Shown in pieces: positions 9,601-18,669 of a DNA stretch of 42,500 bases. Under the pieces are notes generated by a model. That model did no database searches. It was not told the DNA's origin and was given only the letters and a program-made list of their open reading frames with translations. A program made the translations under genes and the position numbers. This stretch comes from an uncultured Eubacterium sp. (lineage in GTDB: Bacteria; Bacillota; Clostridia; Oscillospirales; Acutalibacteraceae). Where the stretch lies: assembly GCA_902462495.1 (NCBI GenBank), contig CABQCC010000001.1, forward strand, positions 1 through 42,500, written 5' to 3'. Position 1 is the first letter of the stretch. Every line of letters begins with the position of its first letter.

Positions 9601-12600
9601 TGATTCTTTTTCGCTTGTGCCGACAACGAGGTCGCCTCCTGCAAAGAACACAGCCTCCTTAACAGGTGCGGAATAATCACCCTTACGCTCCGGATAAAAT
9701 GCAAATCCATTTACGATAGAATAAGTACCTTTCCAGTCACCTGCCAAAGCAGTTCCTGTTCTGTAATATCTTATCCAAAGGCTTCTGATTTCGTAGTTAC
9801 CGAACGCATCGGCTTCGCCAAGTTTGTTTACATTCTTAGTAAATCCAACTTCGCCTGTGTATCCGACTTGATGCTTAGCGTAGAATATACCGCCGTTGAG
9901 AATAATCTGACCGTATGTTGCGTCGCCCTCTGCGGAGAACACAGGCATTTCTTCTTTTTTGCCCGTTGTGTCTCTGTTAAAGGTTACATATCCTGCAAAC
10001 ATAGCAACATTTCCGCCAAAGTTTGCTCTTGAGCCTTGCTCTGCAACGATAGATGCCTTTGCACCCCATTTGTCGTTCATTGTACTATACACGGAATATG
10101 GGTCTTCACCGATAGTTCTCATCCACAGGTAAGAACAAGAATTATAACCCTTGATGTACACATCCTGCATAATATTAATTTTGCCGTAGTTTTGAAGATA
10201 GCCGACAAAAATAATTGTATTCTTTGAAACAATGCCTTTGTCTCTGTCGATATAACCGCCGATGTAAATGCTTGCATTGCGATTGTTTGAGCTACCGTTA
10301 AGGATTGATTTACCTTCTTTATAGTTCGAATCACCCTTATCGGTCGGCCAAGTTCTTGCGTCTGCTTCTTCTGTTCCGTCTGCTTTTTTGTAATTTACAA
10401 ATTCGCCGAATACATAGAACTTGCCGAAGTTATAAATTGCAGAGTCGGAATAGAACGCACCGCCACAAGAAAGCGAGCAATTTTCACCGACATAAACAGC
10501 GTTGCCGAGATTGTTGTTTTTGCCGTTTGAGAAAACATCGCCTGTTACATAAAGGTTTGAATTGCCCTCAACAATGATAGCTTCACCACGGTGTGGAACA
10601 AGATTGTTTCCGCCGATTCCGCCCTTGCTCTTTGAATTGTTTGCAAGGTTGCCGTTTACTATTATATCATTGTCAAAGAACAAGGTTTGTTCGCCAAAAG
10701 CATTAAGTTCTTTGTTGAACTCAAGTTCTCCGCTCTTTGTCCTGCCGATGAATACATCGGCCTTTGGACCTGTGAAAGCAATGCGATCCTCAATATTAGA
10801 AAGTGAAGATGTTGTTGAGCCGTCTTTATAGTATATTTTACCCGTGACATACAATGTGCCCTTGACATTGAGTTTGCCACCATTGGTAAATCTTATGTTA
10901 TTGGCGCAAAGCATCTGACCTTCCTTGATTGTAATTTCGCCCTCAACCTGGACATTACCGCTTGTAACAATTCTTACACCGTCTGCCCTGAAGTTATTTT
11001 CCGAAATGGAAACATAAGCATTCGGGTCGGGAGCGTAGAACGAATCACTCGATTTATACAATTTGGTTGATGGAATTCTTGCATTTTGAGGAGTGAACAG
11101 TACACTCGCATTTGTAAGTGTAACTATTCCCGGATATGTTACAACCTCGTTGCCGTTTTTAATTTTCAAAAGATAAACATATGATTTGTTTGCGGTAATC
11201 GAGTAGAACCTAACGCTGTTGCCAAAGCAGTAAATTCCTGCAAAGTTTTCAAGGTACAAATCTGTTGTAACAGCACATTTGACATTATCCTTGATATAAA
11301 CAACGCCACCGTCCTCGATGTAGAACGACATCAACAAAGGACAAGTATATTCGCCATAAACATACATACTACCCTTTACTGTTTGTGTATTCTTGTTACT
11401 GATAAAATCAGGTGGAGTAACATTAAGATTTCCGCCAAAATAAAGTTGTGCGCCTGTTTGATAGCAATTAATCAAACCGCTGTTGTGACTGTTTTTAGCG
11501 GTTAGTCCTTGATAGCCATATACGCTATATACAGCCTTTTCGGCATCTGCATCAGGATTTTCGGCAATCATCATACCGTCACTTTTATCCGAAAGTGGCA
11601 CATCACCGTAAACATAGAGTTCTGCCGAGCCTTCCATATAGACATTGTTCTTAACGCCGTCTACAGAATACGAAACAGAGTTGGACACATCGGCATCACC
11701 GTAAACATAAAGTTCTCCTGCGGTTGCGTGAATAGCACCGGAAGCAACTATATTTCCGTTGACATACATATTGCCCTCATTAAAGAGAGAAATGCTGTTG
11801 CTGTCATATCCTGTGAATTGAAGTTCTCTCGGACCCGCAAAGGCAAAATTTGCACCTGCCTTGTTCCAAATATATTGGATTTGGAAATCCTTTGAGCCGG
11901 AATCAATAAAGAGTGTGCCCTCATTTTCGATTTTCTGTGCAGAAATCTTTGTTAATTTAAGCTTTGTTCTGTTTACAAGAGTTTCGCTGATTGTAAAAGA
12001 GCCGTTATATTTGAGAGAGCATTTTGCATTAATCTCAAATTTCTTGGTTGAGATATTGCCCTTATCAACATAAATTCTGCTGCCCTTGTAGGAACTGAAA
12101 GTATCGACAACACGAACATTAATGTCGTGTGCAAAGAAATCGGCATAGTTATCAATATGATATGCATAAATCTCTGACGAGGTGCTTGCACTTACAAAGA
12201 ACAAAGCATCGTGATTGTCAATTGTTCCGTTTGTGATTGTACCGCTGACACTTACATTTGAATGGCAATAAACCTTTCCGAAGTTATTGAAAGCACAGCC
12301 TGCTGTTTCGCCCTGCAATGTGCCGAAACACTCAAACTTGCCATAATTCAAAATATTGCCAAAATCTTTAATGTTAACATTTGATACAAAATCACCGTTG
12401 TTTACAAGGGTGTTCATATCGTTACCAAAACTACCGCCGTAAGTTTCGATAACACCGTAGTTTATGATATTACTGCCCGACTTAGAGCCTTCAACATAAA
12501 TCGTCTTGAATGCGCAGATACTTACTACACCTTTTTCGTTATTTTGAAGATTGTTAAAGTAGCATTGATTGTTTGAGCAAACAAAATTGTTGTTTTCAAA

Positions 12601-15600
12601 CAAGCTGTTTGCAACGATAGAGCCTGCAATGCTCATTTCGCCGTTGTTGACAACATTAGATTTAAATGTTGCGCCATACGAAGTGCATTGGAACTTTGCA
12701 TTTGCCGAGTTCACAACACTTCCTTTAAAGGTTGCATCGCTGTCAATCTTTAATTCATTATTGTTTGTAACAGTATTGAATTTGGCAATTCCGCTGATAT
12801 GCAAAATACTGTTATTTTCCAAATCTTCAACAGTGCAAGTGTTGTCAACTCTGATTTCGCCATCTGTATTGTTGAGGAGTTTTCCGTTCACAACAAGATT
12901 GTTTGCCTGAATCTTGCCCATATTTGTGAGATTTTTTACAGTAAATGTAGCAGGACAAATAATCTTGCTGTCTTTCTTGTTTTCTACGGTTGTAAATTTA
13001 AAATCACCGCTGACATAGATTTCTCCGCCTGTTGAACGGGAAGCACTGTATTCATTGACGATTTTGTTGCCCTCTGCACTGCCGATAACCTGAATTGTCT
13101 TGTGGTTATTGATTGTTCCCGTGCAAACGAGCTTTCCGTTAAAGCCCGGATTTGTTGAAACTTTTGCCACACCAATCAAAGTATCGCTGAAATTGTCGAA
13201 TGTGCCTGAAACTTCAAGAGTATTTGTAACAAGGAATTCGCCGTAGTTTTTGATGTCCTTGGCAGTACAGTTGCTGACAACCAAAAGCTTTTTGCCCTCT
13301 TTGATTTCAATCTCGTCGGCTGACTCGATTTTGTTGATAGAAGCGTTTGCATCTATAACAAGTTTTGTTGCTTTGATGCTGTCAATATAAACCGAAGTTC
13401 CGTCCTTGATTGTGAGGGTGTTAACTGTGATACTGCTGTCCTTTGGAATGCAGAAGCCGCCGCCCTGTTCGATTGTAAGGTCGTTGATATTAAGACCTGG
13501 TGCAGAAAGGAAGCTTCCGTTATAAAGTGTATAGTTGCCGTTGCTCTTTTGGAAGCCTGAAATTGTACCTGTTGCGCCAAGCGCAAAGACTTTGTTTTCA
13601 GGGCTTGTTTTGAATACAAGACCTCCGCAGTTAGAGATTGATTGTCCTGAAGTATTGTTGCCAAGGATAAGTTTTACACCCGGATTGAAAGTGAGCGTCT
13701 TGCTGTCCTGAAGATAGATTTCTTCTGATGCAAAAATGTGAGCATTTTCTGCAAACTCGGTTGTTCTGACATCCATCTTTTGACAGATAACATTGCCGAA
13801 CAGCGAAGTATATTCTGTCTTGACCTTGTTACTCTTAATCATATCGGTAACAATGAGGGAACCCTTTTCGCAATTATATCTTGTTGCGTTTATTCTATGC
13901 TTCTTGTCACCTTGAGTAACAAGCACAGAACCTGTTTTCATACTAAGGGTGTAATCACCGCTTACATCAACAACGCCGGTTTCCGCATTGTCTTTCCATT
14001 CATCAGGTCTGTTTGCAACAACAATAGCATTTTTGCCGATAGTGATGTCGCCACTGCTTTTTGCGGAAAGGTCTCTTCCGAGATAGGTTTGAGAACCGTC
14101 GCCGAAATTCATATTTCCACTGCCGCCGTCATAGAAAATGGCTCTTTGGCAGAAAATCTTGCCGTTCATAACAATGTCTGAGCCGGAAACCTTTTTGATG
14201 TCGCCGATTGCATAGATTTGGCTACCCTTTTCAGCCGTCATTGTGTTCATAGAAACAGAGTAATTTTCTTTTGTGTTTGCTTGCTTTGAAACAACAACAG
14301 AATTTTCTCCGACAGTGAATTTTCCGCCAACTCGGATTTCAAATCCACAAATAAGCTTTGAGTTTTTACCGATAATGAGATCGTGACCGTCGACAAACAC
14401 ATGACCGTCAACAATTACGGTTGTGTTGTCGCCGATAGTCAAATCGCCATTATCCACTTCAAGGTTTCCGCCTATATGCATATAGGTAGGCTTTTCGCTG
14501 TCTGAATTATCGCCGATTACGGAATTGGCTGAACCATTTGAAATTTTAACATTATTTTTTACATAAACCGAATGTCCTGATTTAACTCTGATACCAAAGT
14601 AAGAATATGCAGGCCAAGTGCCTTTCCAAGGTTTTTCGATTTCAGAATACTTTGTTTTGTCACTAAGTTCATATTGCCACTTGTCATCATTGTATCCTTC
14701 AACCTTATATACTTTTCCGCCGTCAGTCCAGCCTGCTGTGGACTTAAGAACACGAAGTTCGGTATATTTATCGTTTACAATTTCGCCGATATCATCAGCA
14801 GTCATTTTGAAGTCCTTGCGAGTATCTACAACAATGCTGTCAACTGTTTTTTTGACAACTCCGTCCTTGCCAGGAAGCAAATCTTCGTATGTATAAGTTT
14901 TATCAACATTAACAAGTTTGTTATTTTCAAAATCAGGCTTTAGGTAATTCTTTGAAATGTTCGATGTACTTTCGGTTTCAACACTTACGCTGGTTTTGAT
15001 GTCATATCCAAGGTCAGCAAGGGTTGCGTCAACCAAAGTTCTGTATCTTGACGGAACTCTGTCAACCCTCAAATCCTCAGGGATAGTGAGTTCTGCCTCG
15101 TCGATAGCTTCGGTTTCAGCCTCAATTTTCTTAATTTGCTTGTCAAAATAAGTTTTCTTTGTGCCCGATGACATAAGGAACACATCTTCCTTTTCAGGGG
15201 CAGAATCTTCAAACTTACTGTCATTTGAAAGAGTAAGTCTGTTTTCGATATAATGCTTTTTCTTAGCTACCGCATCACTGCCATAGTGCTTGTCGTAGTC
15301 GGAAATAGTGGAATTATTATAATCGTCATCAACAAGGACATCTTCTTTTTCAAAGTTCTTTACCGCATCCTTGCCGTATTTGCTTGAATTCTTCTTTGCA
15401 TACGAATCAATAACATTTTTGGCAGAATTGAGTTTTCCGTTTTTGTCAAAAACTTTTGTGCCGTTATATGTGGTGTGACGATTGTCATTACTGCCGTACT
15501 TTTCAAGCGTGTATGTTTTGTAATCCATACTGTTTCCTGACGGATCGGTAGAAGTAAGTTTAAACTTCAAAAGCGGTGAAGTTGCTTGATTTGTAAGCAC

Positions 15601-17601
15601 ATCCGATGATGCAAAAGAATTGTCAATATAAGTGTCGGCTTTGCCTGCTTCAACTTTTGATGGGTCGTTTGTTGCGTCTGCCGCACTGTTTGAAAATGTG
15701 CCGTCTTTGTTTTCAACAGTTCCAAGAGTGTTCTTGAGATTTATGGTTTTCTCAAGTTGGTTTTGTGCTTTCTTTACGGCTTCTTTTACAGATACAGAAT
15801 CCGAAATCTCGGTGCCGTTTTCATTGTTAGAATCGTCATACTTAGATATAGTTGCGTTTCTTACAGAACGGTTTACAACTCTTACAAAATAAGGGCGCAT
15901 ATTCGGAATAGCCATAGGGCTTGCATTTTGCTTGAATGTTTTGGCAATTGCAAAGCGATAGCCTGCTTCCGCCTGCTCGGTAACTTTGCCGAGTTTGTTC
16001 ATCTGAACAACATTTCTGTTAGTGTTTTCGGCATCAATAATTTGCAATTCCGCAGTTTGGTCACTATCCGACTTAGTGAATGTGATTGTACTGTTTTCCT
16101 TGTCTATCTTTGTGCCGTCATACAAAAGCAAGCTTTCGTTGGTAGCTGTTGGGTCATAACCTACCGAAAGGAAGCCTTGGTAAAGCTCGCTCATATTTGT
16201 TGTGTTGTTTCGAATGTCCTCCATTATTTTGTTTGCCATAGCATTTGTTGTGGCATAAATAATAGACTTTTGTCCAACAAGCTGATATTTATTTTTGGAA
16301 ACATATTTAAGATTATCCGCCTGTGCAAGAACAGCATTTTTTTGCGCCTCAGGAAGATTTATGCACTCCTTTAAATAAACCTCGCCTGCTTCAAGGAAGG
16401 CTCTTCTCAAAGTCTCCTGACTTGTGATTTTATTAAAATCCATTTGGTCAATGATATAAAGAACTGCCTGTGTTTGTTCGATATACTGATAGTTTCTGAC
16501 ATAAACACGGGTGTTAAGGTCTTTTTCAGAGCCAATAACTGTTCCGACAAGAGAACCGTTTGCTATTTTGCCTGCCGAGAAATCAATCTTATTAACAGCG
16601 GAAAAATGAACTCGATTGTAGTCATCCTCGGTCTGGGTATCACCTGTACACTTTCTGAAATCTTTTTTACAAATATCACAATAGGTATTTACCGCGCCCT
16701 CGGCGCACAACGATTGACAAATACACTTTGGGCTTTTGCCATTGTAATCCGCATCTTTGCCTCGGCTTGCCTGAATTGTATTTACACCGATGCTGATGTC
16801 GGCATTTGAGTGAACATCGGAATTGATAATAGCGTGAGAAAGGCTTGCGTTTACAAGTTCGTTGTAGTTTGGCTGACCGCCAACCCAGCCAACGATTTTT
16901 TGGAAAAATTTCTCATTAACCTTATTAATAAAGTTAACGAAAATGTTTGTTATTGCCTGAGTATTGTTAGTTCTTCCGTTGATTCTGAGCGCCATTTCTC
17001 TGTAATCATCACTTGTTTTGGAAGAATTTGCGATAATGGAATACTTAAAAGCCTCAGGCATAGCATACGGTTGCATTTCGGTCTTGGCATAACCCACTCC
17101 CGTAGGGGCAATGTTAAGTCCTGAAATAGAGCTAAAAAAGCCTTTAAGCTTTACTTTGATGGAAATTTTTATGCAGGCATAATCCATATAAGAACCCTCA
17201 AGTTCCCTATCGTCATCCTGATTTTCTTCCCAAATACCGCCTTTTCTTTCAACGGTAACAGTTGCACCCGGGTCGTCGTTGCTTCCGTATTTAATTACGG
17301 TTTTTGATGCAGTAGATTCGCCCTCGTCCACAACACCCTCGCCGTACTCGGTAATGTCAAAGCGATTCTTGCTCATATAAGTTTCAACATTTTTCTGTAT
17401 ATCGGAATCATCGCCGATATTTTCAATCTCGTGCATAACAGAATATGTTGTAGCATCTACCGCATTTTGCAATTTTGCCCATTGATAATAAGTCATACCA
17501 ACATCTATAATCAATGCGAGAACAGACAAAAGTGCAAGACTGGCGAATATAGAAATAAGCGCTATATCGCCGTTTTCGTTGCGTCTAAACAATTTTTTCA
17601 A
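6625..17601 (-). CDS. Giant (~3660 aa) TadG-type pseudopilin / putative pilus adhesin with beta-solenoid repeats and Cys-rich modules
   Basis: N-terminus KKLFRRNENG|DIALISIFASLALLSVLALIIDVGMTYYQWAKLQNAVDA matches the TadG-like prepilin pattern (basic leader, Gly, hydrophobic helix, DxG...LQNAxDA). Last gene of the tad cluster; uninterrupted 11-kb frame. SD GAGGAG abuts GTG 17610, so TTG 17601 is the likelier start. Confidence 0.85.
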   Translation of the reverse strand: MKKLFRRNENGDIALISIFASLALLSVLALIIDVGMTYYQWAKLQNAVDATTYSVMHEIENIGDDSDIQKNVETYMSKNRFDITEYGEGVVDEGESTASKTVIKYGSNDDPGATVTVERKGGIWEENQDDDRELEGSYMDYACIKISIKVKLKGFFSSISGLNIAPTGVGYAKTEMQPYAMPEAFKYSIIANSSKTSDDYREMALRINGRTNNTQAITNIFVNFINKVNEKFFQKIVGWVGGQPNYNELVNASLSHAIINSDVHSNADISIGVNTIQASRGKDADYNGKSPKCICQSLCAEGAVNTYCDICKKDFRKCTGDTQTEDDYNRVHFSAVNKIDFSAGKIANGSLVGTVIGSEKDLNTRVYVRNYQYIEQTQAVLYIIDQMDFNKITSQETLRRAFLEAGEVYLKECINLPEAQKNAVLAQADNLKYVSKNKYQLVGQKSIIYATTNAMANKIMEDIRNNTTNMSELYQGFLSVGYDPTATNESLLLYDGTKIDKENSTITFTKSDSDQTAELQIIDAENTNRNVVQMNKLGKVTEQAEAGYRFAIAKTFKQNASPMAIPNMRPYFVRVVNRSVRNATISKYDDSNNENGTEISDSVSVKEAVKKAQNQLEKTINLKNTLGTVENKDGTFSNSAADATNDPSKVEAGKADTYIDNSFASSDVLTNQATSPLLKFKLTSTDPSGNSMDYKTYTLEKYGSNDNRHTTYNGTKVFDKNGKLNSAKNVIDSYAKKNSSKYGKDAVKNFEKEDVLVDDDYNNSTISDYDKHYGSDAVAKKKHYIENRLTLSNDSKFEDSAPEKEDVFLMSSGTKKTYFDKQIKKIEAETEAIDEAELTIPEDLRVDRVPSRYRTLVDATLADLGYDIKTSVSVETESTSNISKNYLKPDFENNKLVNVDKTYTYEDLLPGKDGVVKKTVDSIVVDTRKDFKMTADDIGEIVNDKYTELRVLKSTAGWTDGGKVYKVEGYNDDKWQYELSDKTKYSEIEKPWKGTWPAYSYFGIRVKSGHSVYVKNNVKISNGSANSVIGDNSDSEKPTYMHIGGNLEVDNGDLTIGDNTTVIVDGHVFVDGHDLIIGKNSKLICGFEIRVGGKFTVGENSVVVSKQANTKENYSVSMNTMTAEKGSQIYAIGDIKKVSGSDIVMNGKIFCQRAIFYDGGSGNMNFGDGSQTYLGRDLSAKSSGDITIGKNAIVVANRPDEWKDNAETGVVDVSGDYTLSMKTGSVLVTQGDKKHRINATRYNCEKGSLIVTDMIKSNKVKTEYTSLFGNVICQKMDVRTTEFAENAHIFASEEIYLQDSKTLTFNPGVKLILGNNTSGQSISNCGGLVFKTSPENKVFALGATGTISGFQKSNGNYTLYNGSFLSAPGLNINDLTIEQGGGFCIPKDSSITVNTLTIKDGTSVYIDSIKATKLVIDANASINKIESADEIEIKEGKKLLVVSNCTAKDIKNYGEFLVTNTLEVSGTFDNFSDTLIGVAKVSTNPGFNGKLVCTGTINNHKTIQVIGSAEGNKIVNEYSASRSTGGEIYVSGDFKFTTVENKKDSKIICPATFTVKNLTNMGKIQANNLVVNGKLLNNTDGEIRVDNTCTVEDLENNSILHISGIAKFNTVTNNNELKIDSDATFKGSVVNSANAKFQCTSYGATFKSNVVNNGEMSIAGSIVANSLFENNNFVCSNNQCYFNNLQNNEKGVVSICAFKTIYVEGSKSGSNIINYGVIETYGGSFGNDMNTLVNNGDFVSNVNIKDFGNILNYGKFECFGTLQGETAGCAFNNFGKVYCHSNVSVSGTITNGTIDNHDALFFVSASTSSEIYAYHIDNYADFFAHDINVRVVDTFSSYKGSRIYVDKGNISTKKFEINAKCSLKYNGSFTISETLVNRTKLKLTKISAQKIENEGTLFIDSGSKDFQIQYIWNKAGANFAFAGPRELQFTGYDSNSISLFNEGNMYVNGNIVASGAIHATAGELYVYGDADVSNSVSYSVDGVKNNVYMEGSAELYVYGDVPLSDKSDGMMIAENPDADAEKAVYSVYGYQGLTAKNSHNSGLINCYQTGAQLYFGGNLNVTPPDFISNKNTQTVKGSMYVYGEYTCPLLMSFYIEDGGVVYIKDNVKCAVTTDLYLENFAGIYCFGNSVRFYSITANKSYVYLLKIKNGNEVVTYPGIVTLTNASVLFTPQNARIPSTKLYKSSDSFYAPDPNAYVSISENNFRADGVRIVTSGNVQVEGEITIKEGQMLCANNIRFTNGGKLNVKGTLYVTGKIYYKDGSTTSSLSNIEDRIAFTGPKADVFIGRTKSGELEFNKELNAFGEQTLFFDNDIIVNGNLANNSKSKGGIGGNNLVPHRGEAIIVEGNSNLYVTGDVFSNGKNNNLGNAVYVGENCSLSCGGAFYSDSAIYNFGKFYVFGEFVNYKKADGTEEADARTWPTDKGDSNYKEGKSILNGSSNNRNASIYIGGYIDRDKGIVSKNTIIFVGYLQNYGKINIMQDVYIKGYNSCSYLWMRTIGEDPYSVYSTMNDKWGAKASIVAEQGSRANFGGNVAMFAGYVTFNRDTTGKKEEMPVFSAEGDATYGQIILNGGIFYAKHQVGYTGEVGFTKNVNKLGEADAFGNYEIRSLWIRYYRTGTALAGDWKGTYSIVNGFAFYPERKGDYSAPVKEAVFFAGGDLVVGTSEKESAQEKIGGTIQNYGKMYVDGCMKSYSYENYAINYVAISAQVGSSTFVSGELFSNSGTLTMRNSMLMCDGNFISKRCARIGISEKANSEDDLNSSSYLYVGGNMAISTNGQGGAGDLAGSWGGVSTWNYFDVFSNANIYVGGSFFTNSIFTPHKNLTFIVDGLDKGGVNTTTNFITWLQNRVTNLSLKIDGYNLDNFKFVVNNRFDVQATLREGRTKTMLNRFYVHGSALLNDRARISDMTKFYVYGDLVNRTDVLGKITAFEIGRALNVSDDGDTWASKGTFVDDEDEPRFIQKDGEKVQNPKFDYNYANACYLYVQGKLDLDRKVNIYPGTTIRTGKDYTPRGMVKLMHDTSVYSGGKIATHRYIDVGQYSEIFAKDNINAWNYVCVREHGTIFSGGDIKCGTSFEAKTSAIVYACGSIKATLGKINIADKTKVFCAGNMTALRYIELGKYDAKYKDTLRYETPKSGDNVCTCTGHCTNDDYDKDCPICGNASKPADACKAPYECICSELCTDGNFNNDCPVCNGTHGSDWHSCKAENPDNSDDKVCICTSKCSKANPDCPVCKGDFSKCAIADENAEELKNDLLDDYTDKADGGEFYIGKALVSYLGYIRQYGFSSTTVGKYVFANRYITLRSNSDMWVLPEAYENDTYKHVDANFESDGTVGGEIIKNLKLFAYNLKDKLSFKNGSIYAMGDFTLNKNASVMGTHDLLTFGKVLLCHDSLAYFGHDFKCSTPSLDLVGGIKGDGYSGFVSRGDVYTTLRCKNKAKHPHGYVVYTKNYDPNKTYKCDKCGALLDKKTLRKNVTCPVTIYANNNITISTSTEMRMSYLVACKGDVSISDPFYNASENDDNNLYQLPNAIAAYRGNITYNAIYGKMSALFYAPHGAVTFDGFYQEIWGSVIGDTVDIKTFYINIHRFENWRNMDLQLLESGKVYLISKEEFDNMENNVSSEYVALGNSKAENKGGAYMFFDEKILDNKSNGTGQGTELDTTG
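7891..8190 (-). repeat. Three tandem six-Cys protein modules (C-x-C-x3-C-x6-8-C-x2-C-x6-10-C)
   Basis: CTCTGHC..DCPIC..C, CICSELC..DCPVC..C and CICTSKC..DCPVC..C in the translation (about aa 3141-3240 of the 3661-aa ORF). Confidence 0.9.
16648..16725 (-). repeat. Single N-proximal copy of the six-Cys module
   Basis: CICQSLCAEGAVNTYCDICKKDFRKC (about aa 296-321); shares CKxDFxKC with the last C-terminal copy. Confidence 0.85.
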
Positions 17602-17648
17602 AGCAATCACTCCTCTTGCTTACAGGCTGTTACTTGTTTAGGCAGAAA

Positions 17649-18296
17649 CTATTGAACATCCTCTGCCTTTGAATGTGCAAGCGACAACTCGGTTTGAAGT
17701 CTGAAAATCAAATCCTCGCACTTGTCGATTGCTTCCTCGTATATTTTTGAAATTTGAATAAAGCGTTCGTCGGTTACATTTGTGTAGTTTTCCTCGGCGC
17801 TTGTTCTCAAATTGTTGATTTCCGAACGATTTTTGTCAACCTTTTTTGTAAGATGTGCAACATCTCTCTTGAGGTCCTCGTTTTCCTTGGTGAGCTTTCT
17901 GTTTTCATCACCCAGAAGTCTGTGTTTGCTAAACAAAGCGTCATATTTTTCCTGCAATTCTTTTAGTTGAGAATCGTCAACAACTTTAACCGCCTTAGGA
18001 GCTTCGTTGATTTTTTTCATCAATCTTTCTTTTTCTTCAGTTGCAAATTCATTTTTTGCGGTAAGGCTCTTAACCTGCTCCTTGAGTTCATTAACCTCGT
18101 ATTCAAGCATAGAATTTGTGTTTCTGAGGTCCTTGACCTGATTGTCAAAATTCTCCGAAGCATTCTTTTGCACATTGATAAGGTTTGAGATATATTCGTC
18201 AACCTGTGCGGTGTCATAGCCTCTGAGGGACTTGTCAAATTCCACCTTGTTTGTACCTAAAATTTGGCTTCTGTCTACGATTTCTTTGTTACTCAT
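17649..18296 (-). CDS. DivIVA-domain coiled-coil protein
   Basis: N-terminal VEFDKSLRGYDTAQVDEYI matches the DivIVA/GpsB motif F...xRGYdxxEVDxF; remainder is a long heptad coiled coil. Confidence 0.8.
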   Translation of the reverse strand: MSNKEIVDRSQILGTNKVEFDKSLRGYDTAQVDEYISNLINVQKNASENFDNQVKDLRNTNSMLEYEVNELKEQVKSLTAKNEFATEEKERLMKKINEAPKAVKVVDDSQLKELQEKYDALFSKHRLLGDENRKLTKENEDLKRDVAHLTKKVDKNRSEINNLRTSAEENYTNVTDERFIQISKIYEEAIDKCEDLIFRLQTELSLAHSKAEDVQ

Positions 18297-18322
18297 TGTT
18301 CAATTCTCCACTCCGAAATAAT

Positions 18323-18667
18323 TTATTTGAATATCAGAACATCCCCGACATTTATGCCGAGTTGTTCAGCAGTTCCCGCATTCAGTTCAAGGATTTTTTT
18401 TGCGTTTTTAACCTTTTTTCTGACCTTATGCGGAGGAACGGCAGGGTCGATAAACAGCACCCTATTGTCCTTGTCAAGTGCGACGGTATCTATGGAAAAC
18501 CGCATACCGAAAGTGTGAATTTCGTCACACGGTGTAAGAAGCAAGCCGTGATTTTCTGCCATATTCTTGCGGTACATCAAGCCCATAAATCTGCGCACAA
18601 AATGATTTGCGTTTTCAACTTCTTCTACAAGGAGCTTGTCACCCTTGTATGCTTTTAACATTTTCAT
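18323..18667 (-). CDS. DUF192 family protein
   Basis: VEEVENANHFVRRFMGLMYR...GLLL...IHTFGMRFSIDTVALD...ILELNAG...INVGD motif set. Confidence 0.85.
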   Translation of the reverse strand: MKMLKAYKGDKLLVEEVENANHFVRRFMGLMYRKNMAENHGLLLTPCDEIHTFGMRFSIDTVALDKDNRVLFIDPAVPPHKVRKKVKNAKKILELNAGTAEQLGINVGDVLIFK

Positions 18668-18669
18668 AA

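Noticed and set aside
6633..17655. Many short ORFs overlapping the giant gene, e.g. 8431-9180(+) 249 aa and 15757-16374(+) 205 aa
   Set aside because: Antisense shadows with no recognisable motifs; expected opposite a long coding frame.
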